The position numbers and the translations under genes were made by a program. The notes under the pieces are model-generated. The model searched no databases, was not told the origin of the DNA, and saw only the letters and a list, made by a program, of their open reading frames with translations. 60,000 nt of DNA from Lama guanicoe (lineage: Eukaryota): positions 2,505,026 to 2,565,025 of the forward strand of contig MU053933.1 in the NCBI GenBank assembly GCA_013239625.1, read 5' to 3'. Position 1 is the first letter of the stretch, and each line of letters opens with the position of its first letter. Positions 1 to 11,800 of this stretch are shown in pieces.

Positions 1-230
1 AGGCCAGCCACGTGCGGGCAAGGCCTCCTCACCTCAGGCCACTCCATCCTTCTCTCTCCTGCCTCCCGGTCCATGTCAAGGGCCTGGCGTTGTGTGGGGC
101 CCACTCCGTCAGCTAGGAGAACCTCCCGACTGACTGCAGCCTTCGTCCCCTCCACATGTAAGTTAATGGGTCCTTGGTTCTAGGGATGGGGACATGGCTA
201 TCCTTAGAGCCACTATTCTGCTGACCTCCA
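1..230 (-). mobile_element. MaLR LTR (MLT1-type) fragment
   Basis: The end ...ggttctagggatggggacatggctatccttagagccactattctgctgacctcca resembles the reverse-complemented MLT1 5' terminus; degraded. Confidence 0.55.
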
Positions 231-1659
231 TCATCGAGACTCCTGCAGGGAGGAGCCCCTGGCTCTGCACTGGGGTGGAGGACCCAGTGGAGGACACTGG
301 CCATCAGGAGAGGTCCAGACCTCGCCTGTGGGTCTCCGGGCAGTGGGCAAGGGGAGGAGCGTCAGCAAGGACGTCCGCTCCTCCAACGGGGGTCCTCCCC
401 TGGGTGTCAGATCACCTGGGTGCCTGTCAACCATGAGGGAGATTCTCAGAGTCAGGGACGCAGCAGTGTTGGGTGGGTCTTCTCAACCGTAATCCATGGA
501 TCTCCTGGGGATTGCCAGGACCCAGTGCAGCGTTCGGTGTGGCCTGGATGCCAGTGGTGCTGCCCGGAAACCTCGCTGTGTGTGTCAAGAGGAAAGGGGA
601 TGGGGCGGTAGCACGGCGCACCCGGAAAGGTCGGAGGGTCAGGACCAAGGACAGCCCCGGGCACAGTGGACGCTTGGCCTCGAGCCCAGCCAGCTCAGCC
701 GGGTGACGGCCAGCGGCCAGGCCCTGAGACAAGGATGTGCTGCGCCCGCAGTCAGATGTCAGCAGTTCTGCTCTGGGCGCCTCGCCCAGGGACGGACAAG
801 GACACTGTCCACGGCGCCATCAGCAACAGCAGGGCCTTGGAAAACCCTGACGGCAGATAAATCAAAGCCTGGCTCCACCTTCGGGAACGACTCTGGAACC
901 CTGTCCCCGCCGCCTGTCCAGGCCCAGCTGCCCCCTGTTCTGCCCTTGCACCCACCCCCCATCCCGAATGCAGCAGCCGGAGTTGCCTGTCCCCAGGGCT
1001 CCCACCCCCAGGAGAACCTGGCCCCATGGGACCTGCCGCCCTCTGACCTCACACCTCCACCCCCACCACACTCCCGCCGCCCCTGGTGGTCAGCCGGCTG
1101 GCCCCGTCTTCCTCCAGCTAACTGCACCACCTGTGACCTGCCCGGCAGTGTGGCCTCTGCTCTGTCCAGCACTGGCAGAGTGCCCGGTAAATGAGTGAAC
1201 AGCCACGGACACCACCACACGGAGCAGAATCATCCAGAAGCCAAGGCACCAGCTGGACGCATGTGTGCAATCGGGACAGATGACAAGGAGACGCTGAAGA
1301 GCTGTGACATCCGCCCTGAGCCTCTCTGTGTATGCCCGCTGCCCAGACAGCCATGGCTCACAGAGACACGCGGGTGCCAAGGAAGCAGCGAGGGGGCTGG
1401 CAGGGCGACGGGGCCCAGAGCCGCGTCCTGGGAAGAGGGGACCGGTGGATGGGACCATGTGGCAGGTAACCGAGGAGGTGAGAGGTCAGAAGCCGAGAGA
1501 GGGGTGGAACAGCCAATGCAAGGCCCTGGGGGCGGCGGGGTCCAGGCCAGGAGAGACGCAGGGACCGAGCTGGGTGGCCCAAATGTCCTTGCAGACCAGC
1601 CGCCTCCCAGGGCTGCACAGCCTCACCCTGCACCACAGGGGTGCAGCTTTTTTGGGACA

Positions 1660-2480
1660 AACTTAGAAGAGGGCTCGTGGGGGACAACACTTACTGATTT
1701 CACAACATACTTTAAAGCCACAGTGATCGACAGTGGGGTTCTGGCACAGGGACAGACGTACAGACTAGCAGGCTGGAGCAGGGAGCCCAGAAATAAACCC
1801 TTGCACGCACGGCCAGGTGGCCTTGACAGCAGCACAAAGACTGCTCAGAGGGGAAGACGGTCTTTTCAACAAACGGTGCTGGAAAAACTGGACGTCCACC
1901 TGCCAAAGAATGGCGAGGGACCTTTACCTAACAGCGTGCGCAAATTGAACTGAAAATGGGTCAAAGACCTCAGCGTAGGACCTACAACAATACAACTCTT
2001 AGAGGAAAACAAGGGCCAAAGCTTCGTGACACTGAGCTTGTGATGATTTCTGGGGTGTGACACCAAAGGTCCAGGAAGCAGAGGAGAACACAGACAAACC
2101 GGAGTGTGGCGCCTGCCAGCCTGTGCTGGCACTGGGCCTGCGCGCACCGCCGCGGACACAGGCCTCTGCCCGCCCCTCCGTGGGAAGGTCTGTCCCCAGC
2201 TGCGAACAGCAAGGCCAGATGCCGTCTGGGTCCCTGAGGTCCGCCTGCTGATCCTTGGCAGCTGGGATGAGCCCCGAGGGCGAAGCTGCTTGCAGCTAAG
2301 CCCACGTCATCAAAACGTGGAAAACAGCAGGGGCACCCCAGGACCTCTGCAGCGTCGAGCGGGGCAAACCCTGGGAGTGTTTCTCGTACACGGGCAGGAG
2401 GGTCTTGGGGAGCCCGCGGCATCTCATCCGAACTCAGGAAGACGAGGGTGTGTTCCAGGAGCAGCGCGCTGGGACAGATG
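1660..2480 (+). mobile_element. Old LINE-1 (L1M) ORF2 C-terminal/3' fragment
   Basis: Translates to L1 ORF2-like DFTTYFKATVI...EPRNKP...; L1 hallmarks gtcttttcaacaaacggtgctggaaaaactgg and aaatgggtcaaagacct; frameshifted. Confidence 0.8.
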
Positions 2481-3639
2481 TGCAGGGTCCACATGGCCCC
2501 ACGTCACTGACCCTTGAGTCGTCTGCTGTCTGGGTGCTGCGGGGATGTGGCTCCGCGTGGCGTCCACCCCGGGGTCAGCCTGCAGGTGGAGAGGGGAGAG
2601 AGGAGGAGGGAGGCTGGGACAGGCCCCCAGGGGTCTCCTCCTGCACCTGGAGCACGCCAGCCCCAGGTGCTGCTCTGCCTTCAGACAGTCCCGGGGGTCC
2701 CGGTTCTCGGCATCTGTCCCCAGAGAGGGGCCGATGAGGGTCGAGATGAAGAGCCCATGGGAGACACAGTGGGAGCCTTGCAGATGTGACAATTTCGTGA
2801 AATTCAGTGTTGCTGTCTGTGGGTTCTGGGCACACAGCCGCCCGTCCCTTCCTGTCATTTATTCAGCCTCCGGTGGCAGTGTGCTCAGGGAAGCTTCCAG
2901 ACATTGCACGGCCCCCAGAACCCCACACGGTGACTTCCGGCCACTTACAGAAAGTGTCCCCAAGCCCAGAGTTAAACGAGGGTTTTTGCTGCTGAGCGCA
3001 CAGCCCCTGCAGAGCAGCTCAGGCGGGCGGCCTCGAGCGGCTCTGCGGGCACCGCCCAGCCTTGCTCAGAAGGGCTGGCACCGCGTGGGCAGCCCCGGCC
3101 CCGCCGCACCCTGCCCCCCGCTGGGCAGGTGGCAGAGCTGGACCTGGAGGCCCCTCCTCACGTCCACACGGGTGGCCGAGGAGGGAGGACAGCCTGTGTG
3201 AAAAAGCCCACTGTCCTGTAACTGTTTGCTGTTATGATTTGCAAAAGGGGCCTCTCTCCTTTGGTTGGCCTTTGTCTAGATTTACCCCTTTTTCTGACAC
3301 AGATTCCAGATCAGGATTGGACTGCTTGTGTCCAAAATGCCCCCGCCTCGCGACCTCCAAGCACCCTTTCCCAACTTCTCACCAAAACACCAGCGAAGAC
3401 TCAACGAAACCGAGTCCCAAATGGATGAAACACTCATTTATAAAGCAAGGTGATTAAAATACAAGGAGTGAGTCCGTGTCTCTCTGAGTGGAGACAGACT
3501 CTAAGCGTGTCGTACAGGCAGACACTGTAAGGATTCAGAATTAAATTAAGAACTGAAAAATTTTTTGACGTGACTAAAAATATCCCACGAACAAAATAGG
3601 ACGGCAAAGACCTTGGGGAGGCAAGAATCTCGGCCTTCG

Positions 3640-4012
3640 TGACATATGTGCTGATGTAGCCAACACTCTGAACCACACAGAGACCAAGAGACAGACCGGG
3701 GCCGTGGGCTGACCCTGGCCGGGCCGCCGCCCCCACTCACCGTCAGCCTGCCCTGCGCTGGCCTGGAGTCCTGGGGAGTCCAGTCCCTGCACTGACCGCC
3801 AGCAGCCTTGACTACGCCTGGAGAAGCCGGGGCCAGTCGAGGGGGCGCCCTAGCCCAGTGGGGCAGCGGCAAGCAGCTCGTAAGACCCCTCGCTGGCTCA
3901 CTTCTCTGTCTGCCTCCCTTCCCCTCTCTCTAGGTGGGACCACCTCCCAAATAAGCCACTTGGAGGCAGATCCTGGACTCGAGATCTGGTCCTGCGGGAA
4001 TGAAACCAAGAC
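3640..4012 (+). mobile_element. ERVL LTR (LTR16/LTR33-like) fragment
   Basis: 3' end cctcccaaataagccacttg...ctggtcctgcgggaatgaaaccaagaca resembles LTR16-family termini. Confidence 0.5.
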
Positions 4013-4019
4013 ACACCCA

Positions 4020-4720
4020 CAGTTCAAAGTGGAAAAAGCGTCCACCAAGAGGGAAGCAGAAACAGCCAGCAGCCGTGTGAAAAATGTGTGGGGTTCTAGA
4101 AGTACAGACTCTCACGGGAGACAGTATTTCACCCTCGAGACGCGGAGTCTCAGGAGCGAGCGGGGGCAGAGCGGAGACCCGCAAGCCCGTGCCCCGTCCT
4201 CCCCGTCTGCCTCGCGACGTCACTGGGCCACATTCATGTGGTTATCAGGCACACACACGCCAGCTCTTCCGCTCTGTCACCGACTCCAGGAACCCAAGTG
4301 TAAGTGCGCAGAGTGATCCAGGCACGCACGGGGTGCGAGACGCTCAAAGTACAGCCAGAAAAAAGCAGCGAACTCAAACGCCCCACGACAACGGGCCGTT
4401 TATTTAAAGCTCCGTTGCTTTCCACAGTGAAATGCCACGTAGCCGTTAAAAATGAAGCCGGCACTGTTTGTTGTCCTAGAAGAAGAGTCATGACACACTG
4501 GGTGAAAAAAAGCGGGCTTATAAACCATGTGTGGAGGGGACCACTTAGATGTGTCGACACAGACAGGCGTGGCCTCCGCGTGGGAGAACGCCGAGCAGCG
4601 GCCGGAGACGCCGCTGCTCCAACCGCTGTTACCCTGCAGCGGTGGGTGGTGTAGCTCGCTCTGTTTTTGCCTGCTTTCTCACTTTTCCCTGACAAATATG
4701 CATTAGTTATGTGATGTGAA
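4020..4720 (+). mobile_element. Ancient L1M (L1ME-like) 3' end remnant, GC-shifted
   Basis: aaatgccacgtagccgttaaaaatgaa and the terminal ttttccctgacaaatatgcattagttatgtgat resemble an L1ME 3' UTR. Confidence 0.55.
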
Positions 4721-7279
4721 ACAATCTGGCACCTGCTTCTACCAGAGAACAGCTGCCGATTGCCAAAGGCTCTGACAGCTCCACGCTGCTCGTATCTACC
4801 GGCCCTAGCGTTCGGGGTGCACCCCGGCCCAGAGGCCAGCCCCACACCGCTGCCCTGACCAGTCAGGAGGAGCACGAGCCGGCCGCCGGCACCTGCCGTG
4901 CCCTGCGCTGACCGGCCGGGCCCACGCCGGGGCTGCGCCCTCCAGGGACAAGTGTGGCTTCAGCCCGGGGCGGGGTGATCTCTCTGCTTCTCCCCGGCTC
5001 TGGTGACGTCCCACTGTCCGCACTCGCCACGGCCCTGGCCAGCCCCGGGTCGTGTCCCCCAGCTGGTCAAGCCCAGCAGACAGCGCCTCTCTCCTGGTTC
5101 CAGCGTAAGTCCCAGGGAAGATGCTCACTGGCCAAGGCTGAGTCACACGCTCATTCTCCTGAGCCAATCGTGGTGGCAGGGCTGGGGTGGCCAGGCGGGA
5201 CCCTGCCCGTCCCTGGGACGGGAGGCAGTTCAGCCCAAGAGAGCCACACGGGGTGACAGGGGTGCAGGGACCTACGGGAGGGGCATGGGCGCACCTGGGC
5301 TCTTGCTGGCACCCCACACCGAGGAAGGTCCTGCTCCCGGCCGACCCTAAGGAGCCTGCAAGATTCTTGTCCTCGCACAGCCCCGCACGAGCGTCTGCTG
5401 CTGCTGCCACCCCCAGGGGCCAGGGGACTGCCAGGAGGGGCGGACCCTGGACCCTCAGCCGTGGCCCAGTGTGGCTGGGGAGCAGGGCTGGGGGGAAGGA
5501 GGGAGGAGGACCCCCAGCCCAGGTCCTGGGGAGCCTGGCTGATGCCTCTATGGTACTGAGGTTGGGTGGCAGCGCTGGGACGGGGCAGGGGGATGGATTT
5601 CCCACAGACATGGGAAAAGAGCCAGGGGGACATGGGACGTCAGTACTGGGGGAGCCCCAGAGTCCCCACTCCCCACACCCCGCCCTGGGCCAGCCAGCCC
5701 GGGGGTCTCGTCTCCTGCTCCACCTGAACTCAGCCAACTCCACTGGGACAGCAGGAATGTGTCTGAAAATTATAAAGCCACAGCCAGCTGCCTGCACCAG
5801 CCTGGACATGGTGACACTGGGCACACAGGACACTGAAGACACGGACTGGACCTGTGGGCAGCCCGGCTCAGGACAGTCCAGACACAGGTGGCCTCTTCGG
5901 GTCAATCCCAACCAGTGGGCGTCCTTTCTGGGACGTCGGAAGAGCCAGGAGGAAAGAGGTGCTCTCCTCTGGGACTGCCCATGTGGGGGCCACGACCCTG
6001 GAACCGGCCGGAGCCGAGGAGAGTGGGACTGCGGGGCCGCGGGCAGCCTGCAGCGGGAGCGAGACGTAAACCTTCCCTGTAGGGCGCGGCGGGGTGGGGC
6101 TGACGGTGCGCGCGAGTGCCCCGTGGACAGCCGGCCGTGTGCAGAGACGTCGGCGTCCCGCCGCGCCTTCCACAGCTCTTCCGGGGAGGGCGGCCCCGCC
6201 CGGGTTCACAAGGCCACCTCTCGGCCACGGGCGGCCCCGCCCCAGCGCGGCCCGTGTGGCCGGCCCCTCGCTCCCGTGGCCTTGCGGACGACGCGGGGCC
6301 ATGCCATCACTCCCTGGGCTGTGCCGGGAACAAGTGGCCAGGGCTGGGAGAGCAGGGCCTCCCATGTGTGCAGCAGCAGGCGAGCCAGGGCCCAGCACCT
6401 GTTACAGAGCAAGGCGGCCCTCGCCCCGCACGCCACGCGGCCCACGCGGCAGTGACGGAGGGGCGCTTCTCCCCGGGGCGCCCGTGACTTCAGCACCCCA
6501 CCCTGAGCATGGAGCAGAGGTCACCTGTGGGCAGCCAGGCCATCCCCTGCCTTCCCTCACCCGCAAGCTGGGCCCCGGCAGGGGGAACCCTCTTGGCACC
6601 AGGGTCTTAGACACACACGGAGACTTCTATTTCTGGCAGATCTGGGGACTTGGTTCCCTGCCCGTTACTCCCACTAGAAGCAAAAGTGCTGAATAAAACA
6701 TGAACAGTGTTTCTCAGACACTCGAGGGAGCTGGCAGGTGAGGAGGGAACACGCGAGGCTGGAGCTGGAGTGTGTGCGGCAGCCTGGAGCCACGGGAAGG
6801 CCCGGGGGAGGAGGCTCGGGGCCGGCTGAAGCGTGCAGTCTAAGGCGGGCCCCACCCTCAGAGGGACCGTAGCCTCTTCACAGGGATAAATAAAGCAGGA
6901 CACCGGCCCTACCCCCGCCCCCGGGGGACGGCCGGTCCCCACTCTTAGCACTGAGGGGAGGAGGAAACCTCTCCTCCCAGAAGTGCAGCCACCAGCGGAC
7001 CCTCCTGCAGTTGACGTCCCCAGTTCGCACCACCTGAGGGGTCCAAGGCCAGAACTCCAAGTGAAGAGGTTTCAGGCTGGCAGAGACTCAGCCCAACCTC
7101 CGGGGCCCCCACAGGTAAAAGTCCCAGACACGGGAAGTTGTAGCAAGAAACCACAAAGCACACAGGCCACAAGGCAACGCGCATGAGCCCAAAGACCACA
7201 GGCAGCAAACGTGACCCCCGGACGCCCCGCCGCGGGGCTGTCAGCGCGGGGCATCACAGGCTAGGCGTGCTTGAGGGGA

Positions 7280-8520
7280 CAAACAGGGAACTCCACGTAT
7301 GAGAAAGGGCGTGTGACCCTGAAAAAGTGGTCAAGCCAAATGGAGAAAGACCAGACAGAATTTCTAGAAATGAAAAATATCAAGTATAAAAAGGGAGATA
7401 AAACTCAACGGACTGAAAAAGAAATAAAATTAGAATAAAGATTTATTAACCAGAGGATTGATTCAGTTGCAGTTAGAGGTAGTTAAAGAAAGAACTAGTG
7501 AAGTGCAAGGGCTGAAGAAATTACCTCTAGTTCAGCCGAAACAGAACCACGGAAAATGTGAAGAGCACGTGATTAGGAGCAAAGAAGCGGCAAACATGAA
7601 CAGTTAGACCTGAAAAGGAGACTCTCTGGGACGCCACACGTTGTCTACCAACCACGACAGAGCAACACAGAGCCACGGGAGCACGCAGGGCAGGTGGCTA
7701 ACTCCAGCCTGCAGTGGGTTTAAGGAGGCAAGCCCCACAATGGATGAAGTGCCGGACACAGAGCACACGGCATCTTAACTTTTACAGGAACGAGCGAGAA
7801 CAAAATCTGTTCCAAGAGGGCAAGAAAGGAGAGAAGAGGAAACATGGGAAAGGGAGAGAAATATCAAGTTTAAAACAAACATGCAATGGCAATCGATAAT
7901 TCCAGAACTCAGCTCTGAAGATGGCTGATAAAATGGACAAAGCCCTGGTCATCCTGATCAGGAGGTCGGAGGCGCGGTAACCAGCGCTGGGAGTGAGAAC
8001 AGACGGCGCACCCACGCGTGCGCCGCCGATTACGTGGGAGACGTTATGAATCGTTTTATGCTAAGATATCTGAAAACTTGGGTGAAGCGGACGGAATTCT
8101 AGTAGAATAAAGCTAACAACAGCACACCGAGAAGAAAGCAGCGGCCTGGAGGCCCTGCAGACATCAGTGAGGCCGGACCAGCGGATAAAACCTTTCAGAG
8201 AAAACAAGGTCCAGCTGGCTTTGAAAGAAATTTGGGAAAGAAAGAAGTTCTTTCAACATTTTAGAAAGAAATAATTCTATCAAAATTTAGGAAGAAGTAA
8301 TTCTAATGAGTAAAACTTCTTTCAGGACATATAAAAAGGATATTTTTTTAAGAGCCGGTTTCATATATCATATCAAGGGTAAACTCTTGAAGCTTTTCTT
8401 TTAAGATCAGAAATGAGACAGAGGTGTCTGTCACCATTCTAGCTGACATTGTACAAGTCCTAGGGAAAGTTCACAGGACAAAGAAAGAAGTAAAAAGCAA
8501 CTCAAACAGAATTTTGATTT
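7280..8520 (+). mobile_element. Old LINE-1 fragments (ORF1-like and ORF2-like)
   Basis: A-rich tract with L1 motifs gataaaatggacaaagccctgg, gaaaacttgggtgaagcggac and ttttaagatcagaaatgagacagagg. Confidence 0.7.
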
Positions 8521-8529
8521 CTCATACAA

Positions 8530-8800
8530 ATATAGGCTTCCCAGGGCTGGGACTGAGGCTTCATCCTCAATTTATCCTGCTGCACAGTCATCCTCCACAC
8601 CTGGCTGCTAACTCACAGTTCAAGATGGGTGCCCAAGTGCCAGCCATCATGTCTGCATTCCAGCCAACTGGAGAAAGCAAAAGAGAAGGAAATATGCCTG
8701 CTCTCTGGACGTTGCTTGAGAGGCATATCTACCATTTCCACTGCTACCCCACTGACCAGAGTGCATTATCAGACTTATGCCACCTTGATTCTGGACAGCC
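8530..8800 (-). mobile_element. MaLR LTR (MLT1J/K-like) fragment
   Basis: caagatgggtgcccaagtgccagccatcatgtctgcattccag resembles the MLT1J-type core. Confidence 0.5.
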
Positions 8801-11800
8801 ACTTGTGGAGACCAAATGGAGAATGGGACCAGAGGGTCAGGGAAAAACCTCAGAACTGAGGGGAGAGCCCAGGCAGGGGGGCAGATGATGGCCTAAGCCA
8901 AGACCAGAGGTTGTCCCCACTGGGAGCTGGGCCGTGCCACCACCATCCACAGCCCACCAGCCTCCAGCGCCTCTGGGGGACAAGGGAAGGAGGCAAGGGG
9001 CGGGCTTGGTCCTCCATGGCGCCTGGAGCCATGTGGGCAGAGCTGACCAGTTCAGGATCCTGGCCGGGTTTGCAGGACGCCGTACGACCTTGCTTGTTTC
9101 AATGTCACTGAGAGAGCAGTTGCTTCGAGCAGCCGTCTTGCTGCCTGGATCCAGGCATCGGCAGGAGGGCTGTTAGCAAACCCGCAGAGCACGGCTGCAT
9201 TTGCCGTAATTTCAGCAAGCGTATTTTTAGCTTGAAGACTCAAGAGCAGCCTGACTGTGCAGCCCCAGAGCCTAAAGGTGCTAGCAGAGCTGGGGCACCG
9301 GCTGCACATCCCTCGCATCCAGACAGCACCCTGCTGGGAGGGACAAATCAAAGGTCTCGTGGGTCACATGCTCCAGCATGCTTAAAGCGCCTGCCACACA
9401 GAGGACCCGCCGGAGGGCCAGCATTGCACTTAGCAGCGAGCACGTAGGGGCCGAGGGGCCACAGCAGAGCAAAGCGGGAACTAGGGGATGCCTGAGACGG
9501 GGGGCGTGGCGAGGGAGCGAGGGCTGGGAGCTGCATGGCCCTGGCTCTCGTCACCTTGCTGCGGAACCCTCTGTCCCCTCTGCAGAGCCAGCAGGACGGG
9601 CCTCTGTGACAAGGAGCCTGGAGGCGCAGACCTGCAGATTCCCTTCAAGGTCATTCTAAGAACAGGTAGCCGGGAGGAAGTGGGGTGCGTTTGTCAAGCA
9701 CGGGGCCGGGTGCTCTAGGGGGAAAAGTGGGCTCGGTTGGTTAGCAAGACCCCAAAGCCACTGGGTTTAAGTCTCTTCTGCAGGTTGGGTCTGAGCGGGG
9801 CGTGAATGCCCTGCTAAGCCAGACCCGGGACCCGGGTGGCGAAGACACAGTCCCCACTGGAAGCCGCAAGGGCTGTGCGGCTCCTCCTGGTCCTTCTGGA
9901 ATGGCCTGACTGGCAAGCAGGGTCCACAAGTAAAGGTTGAAACCCAGGGTGTTCAGAGAAAAGCTGGGTGCAGAGAGGGGTCAGGCCATTCGGGGCACAC
10001 ACGAGGCAGGAGGATGAAGCTGGCCCCGCCCAGCATGGGACCCTCAACCCTGGCCGTGCCCGGTGGCTTTCAGCCCCTTGTGGGTCTGGGTTGACCCCTT
10101 ATCCAAGCCTGTGGGTCGATGAGACCAGAATCCACTGGAGACCGTCAGCAGGTTGGCCCAGCGCCCAGGGCTGTGGGTCTTGCCAGGCATCCCTGGGCAC
10201 CCCTTCAATTCTAGGGTCCCCTTCCCCAGCAGGACATATTAGAAGAGGGGGTGTCCTGGGGGGGGCTTTTGTCAAAGCCCCTGGGGTTAAGATTTACTCA
10301 CATGGATGAGAACTCTGAGTCCACAAACTCTCCTGGTGTCCTTATCCATTAAAAATACGTCCCTAAGGACAGGCCAACACCTCCATCACCCCGGTGCGGG
10401 GGTCCCCGTCCCTGCCCCGCAGCGGGTGGCTCCCCGAGCAGGGGAAGGCCTGGTCTCCCCTTCCCACATCTGGGCAACCTGGGCAGAGCCTCCTGCAGTC
10501 TAGGCCCTCAGCTCTCAGTCCCCACCCTATCCTGGCTGCCCGCTCCAGCCGTCTCTACGGGTGTGCCCCCTACAAGAAAGGCAGGTTCCCCTGGAGGCAC
10601 TGCAGCCCCTGGGCTGGGAGCATGCTTGCAGTTTGGGGCAGAAGTACATGTCAGCCTCCTGGGGCAGCACTGCAAACCACCACAGAAGGGGCAGCCTCTG
10701 GGCCGGGGCGGTCTCTGCGGGTGGGGAGGGTGCTGGGGAGAGAGGGCGGCCAGGGGTTCCACCTGCGGCTGCCGCCGGCTCCCCCACCCCCCCAGGACAG
10801 GACGCCCAACAGGCCGGAGCCCTCGGGGCTCTGCCCCCTTGGGGAGCCCCTGTGACCCTACGACATCCCACCCCACACCTTCCATCAGAGCCCTCCTCGG
10901 CCAGGGACCTTGCCTCTGACCCTTGACCTCAGAGATCTCGGTCCTCTGGACGGCAGGGCCTGGAGGAGGAGGCCCTGCATCCGCAAGGGGCAGGGCGGGG
11001 CATCCGCAGCCCTGGGGCATCTGGTGTTTCGGGTGCATTAAATTCCTGGTGTTGGGAACAGGGTCCACGACCAGCACGAGGTCAGGACACCCTGACTGAG
11101 GCCAGGCTGCGTCTGGTCCCCGCCGGGGGACACAGCTCTCATCCCCAAGAACGGGTCTGGTGGGCAGCCCCTGTCGCCAAGTGTGGCCTGTCCATGGGGT
11201 CCCTGTTGTCTCTGGCCTGGAGCCCTGCTCTCTTCAATGGATACATTTGAGGCTGCGCCCAGGAGGGGAGCCCGCCTCTGGCCTCCCTCTGTCCCCACAA
11301 GTGTAATGAGGCCCCAACGGGCAGAAGGTGCCGTGTGTGACAGCTCAGAAAATGGCACTAATGAGACGGCCTCTGGGGACAAAGGGCGCATTCAGCTGTC
11401 CTGGGACAGCAGACCCCTGCCCGCCCGCCAGCACCAGCGGCAGGCGTTTGGCAATCCCCAACTTTCCGAGGCCACCCCCTCCCCAGCCGGGCTATAATCA
11501 GCGCTCTTCTGCCGCCCGCGTCTGGTCCCTGCGCCCTCCTGACCCGTCTTGGCTGAAGCCCGGTTCCCACGAGGCTGCGGGAGCCCGGCCCGGCTGCTCC
11601 CGCTCTGACAGCGGTTCTGCTCTGTTCTGTAGACCGACCAAAGCTCGTCAGTGTGGTTCCCGCAGGTGGGGCAGCTGTTGGAAAGAGACTAAATGAGAAA
11701 GAGCAAGAAGAAGGGGACAATCACAGTGAGGGCACAAATCAAACACGCTTCTGGCTTAGCGCACGAACGTGACCGTGCCGTGAGCAGCCGAGAGTGTGCG

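Noticed and set aside
4805..6696. Long overlapping ORFs (422 aa +, 368 aa -, 200 aa +)
   Set aside because: Composition is rich in Pro, Gly, Arg and Ala, ORFs are open on both strands, and there is no recognisable domain; expected from stop-codon scarcity at very high GC.
3200..9300. Further exon-like segments at ~3200-3450 and ~9055-9280
   Set aside because: The peptides look plausible, but splice signals are weak and the shared motif is absent; too speculative to add to the fossil exon chain.
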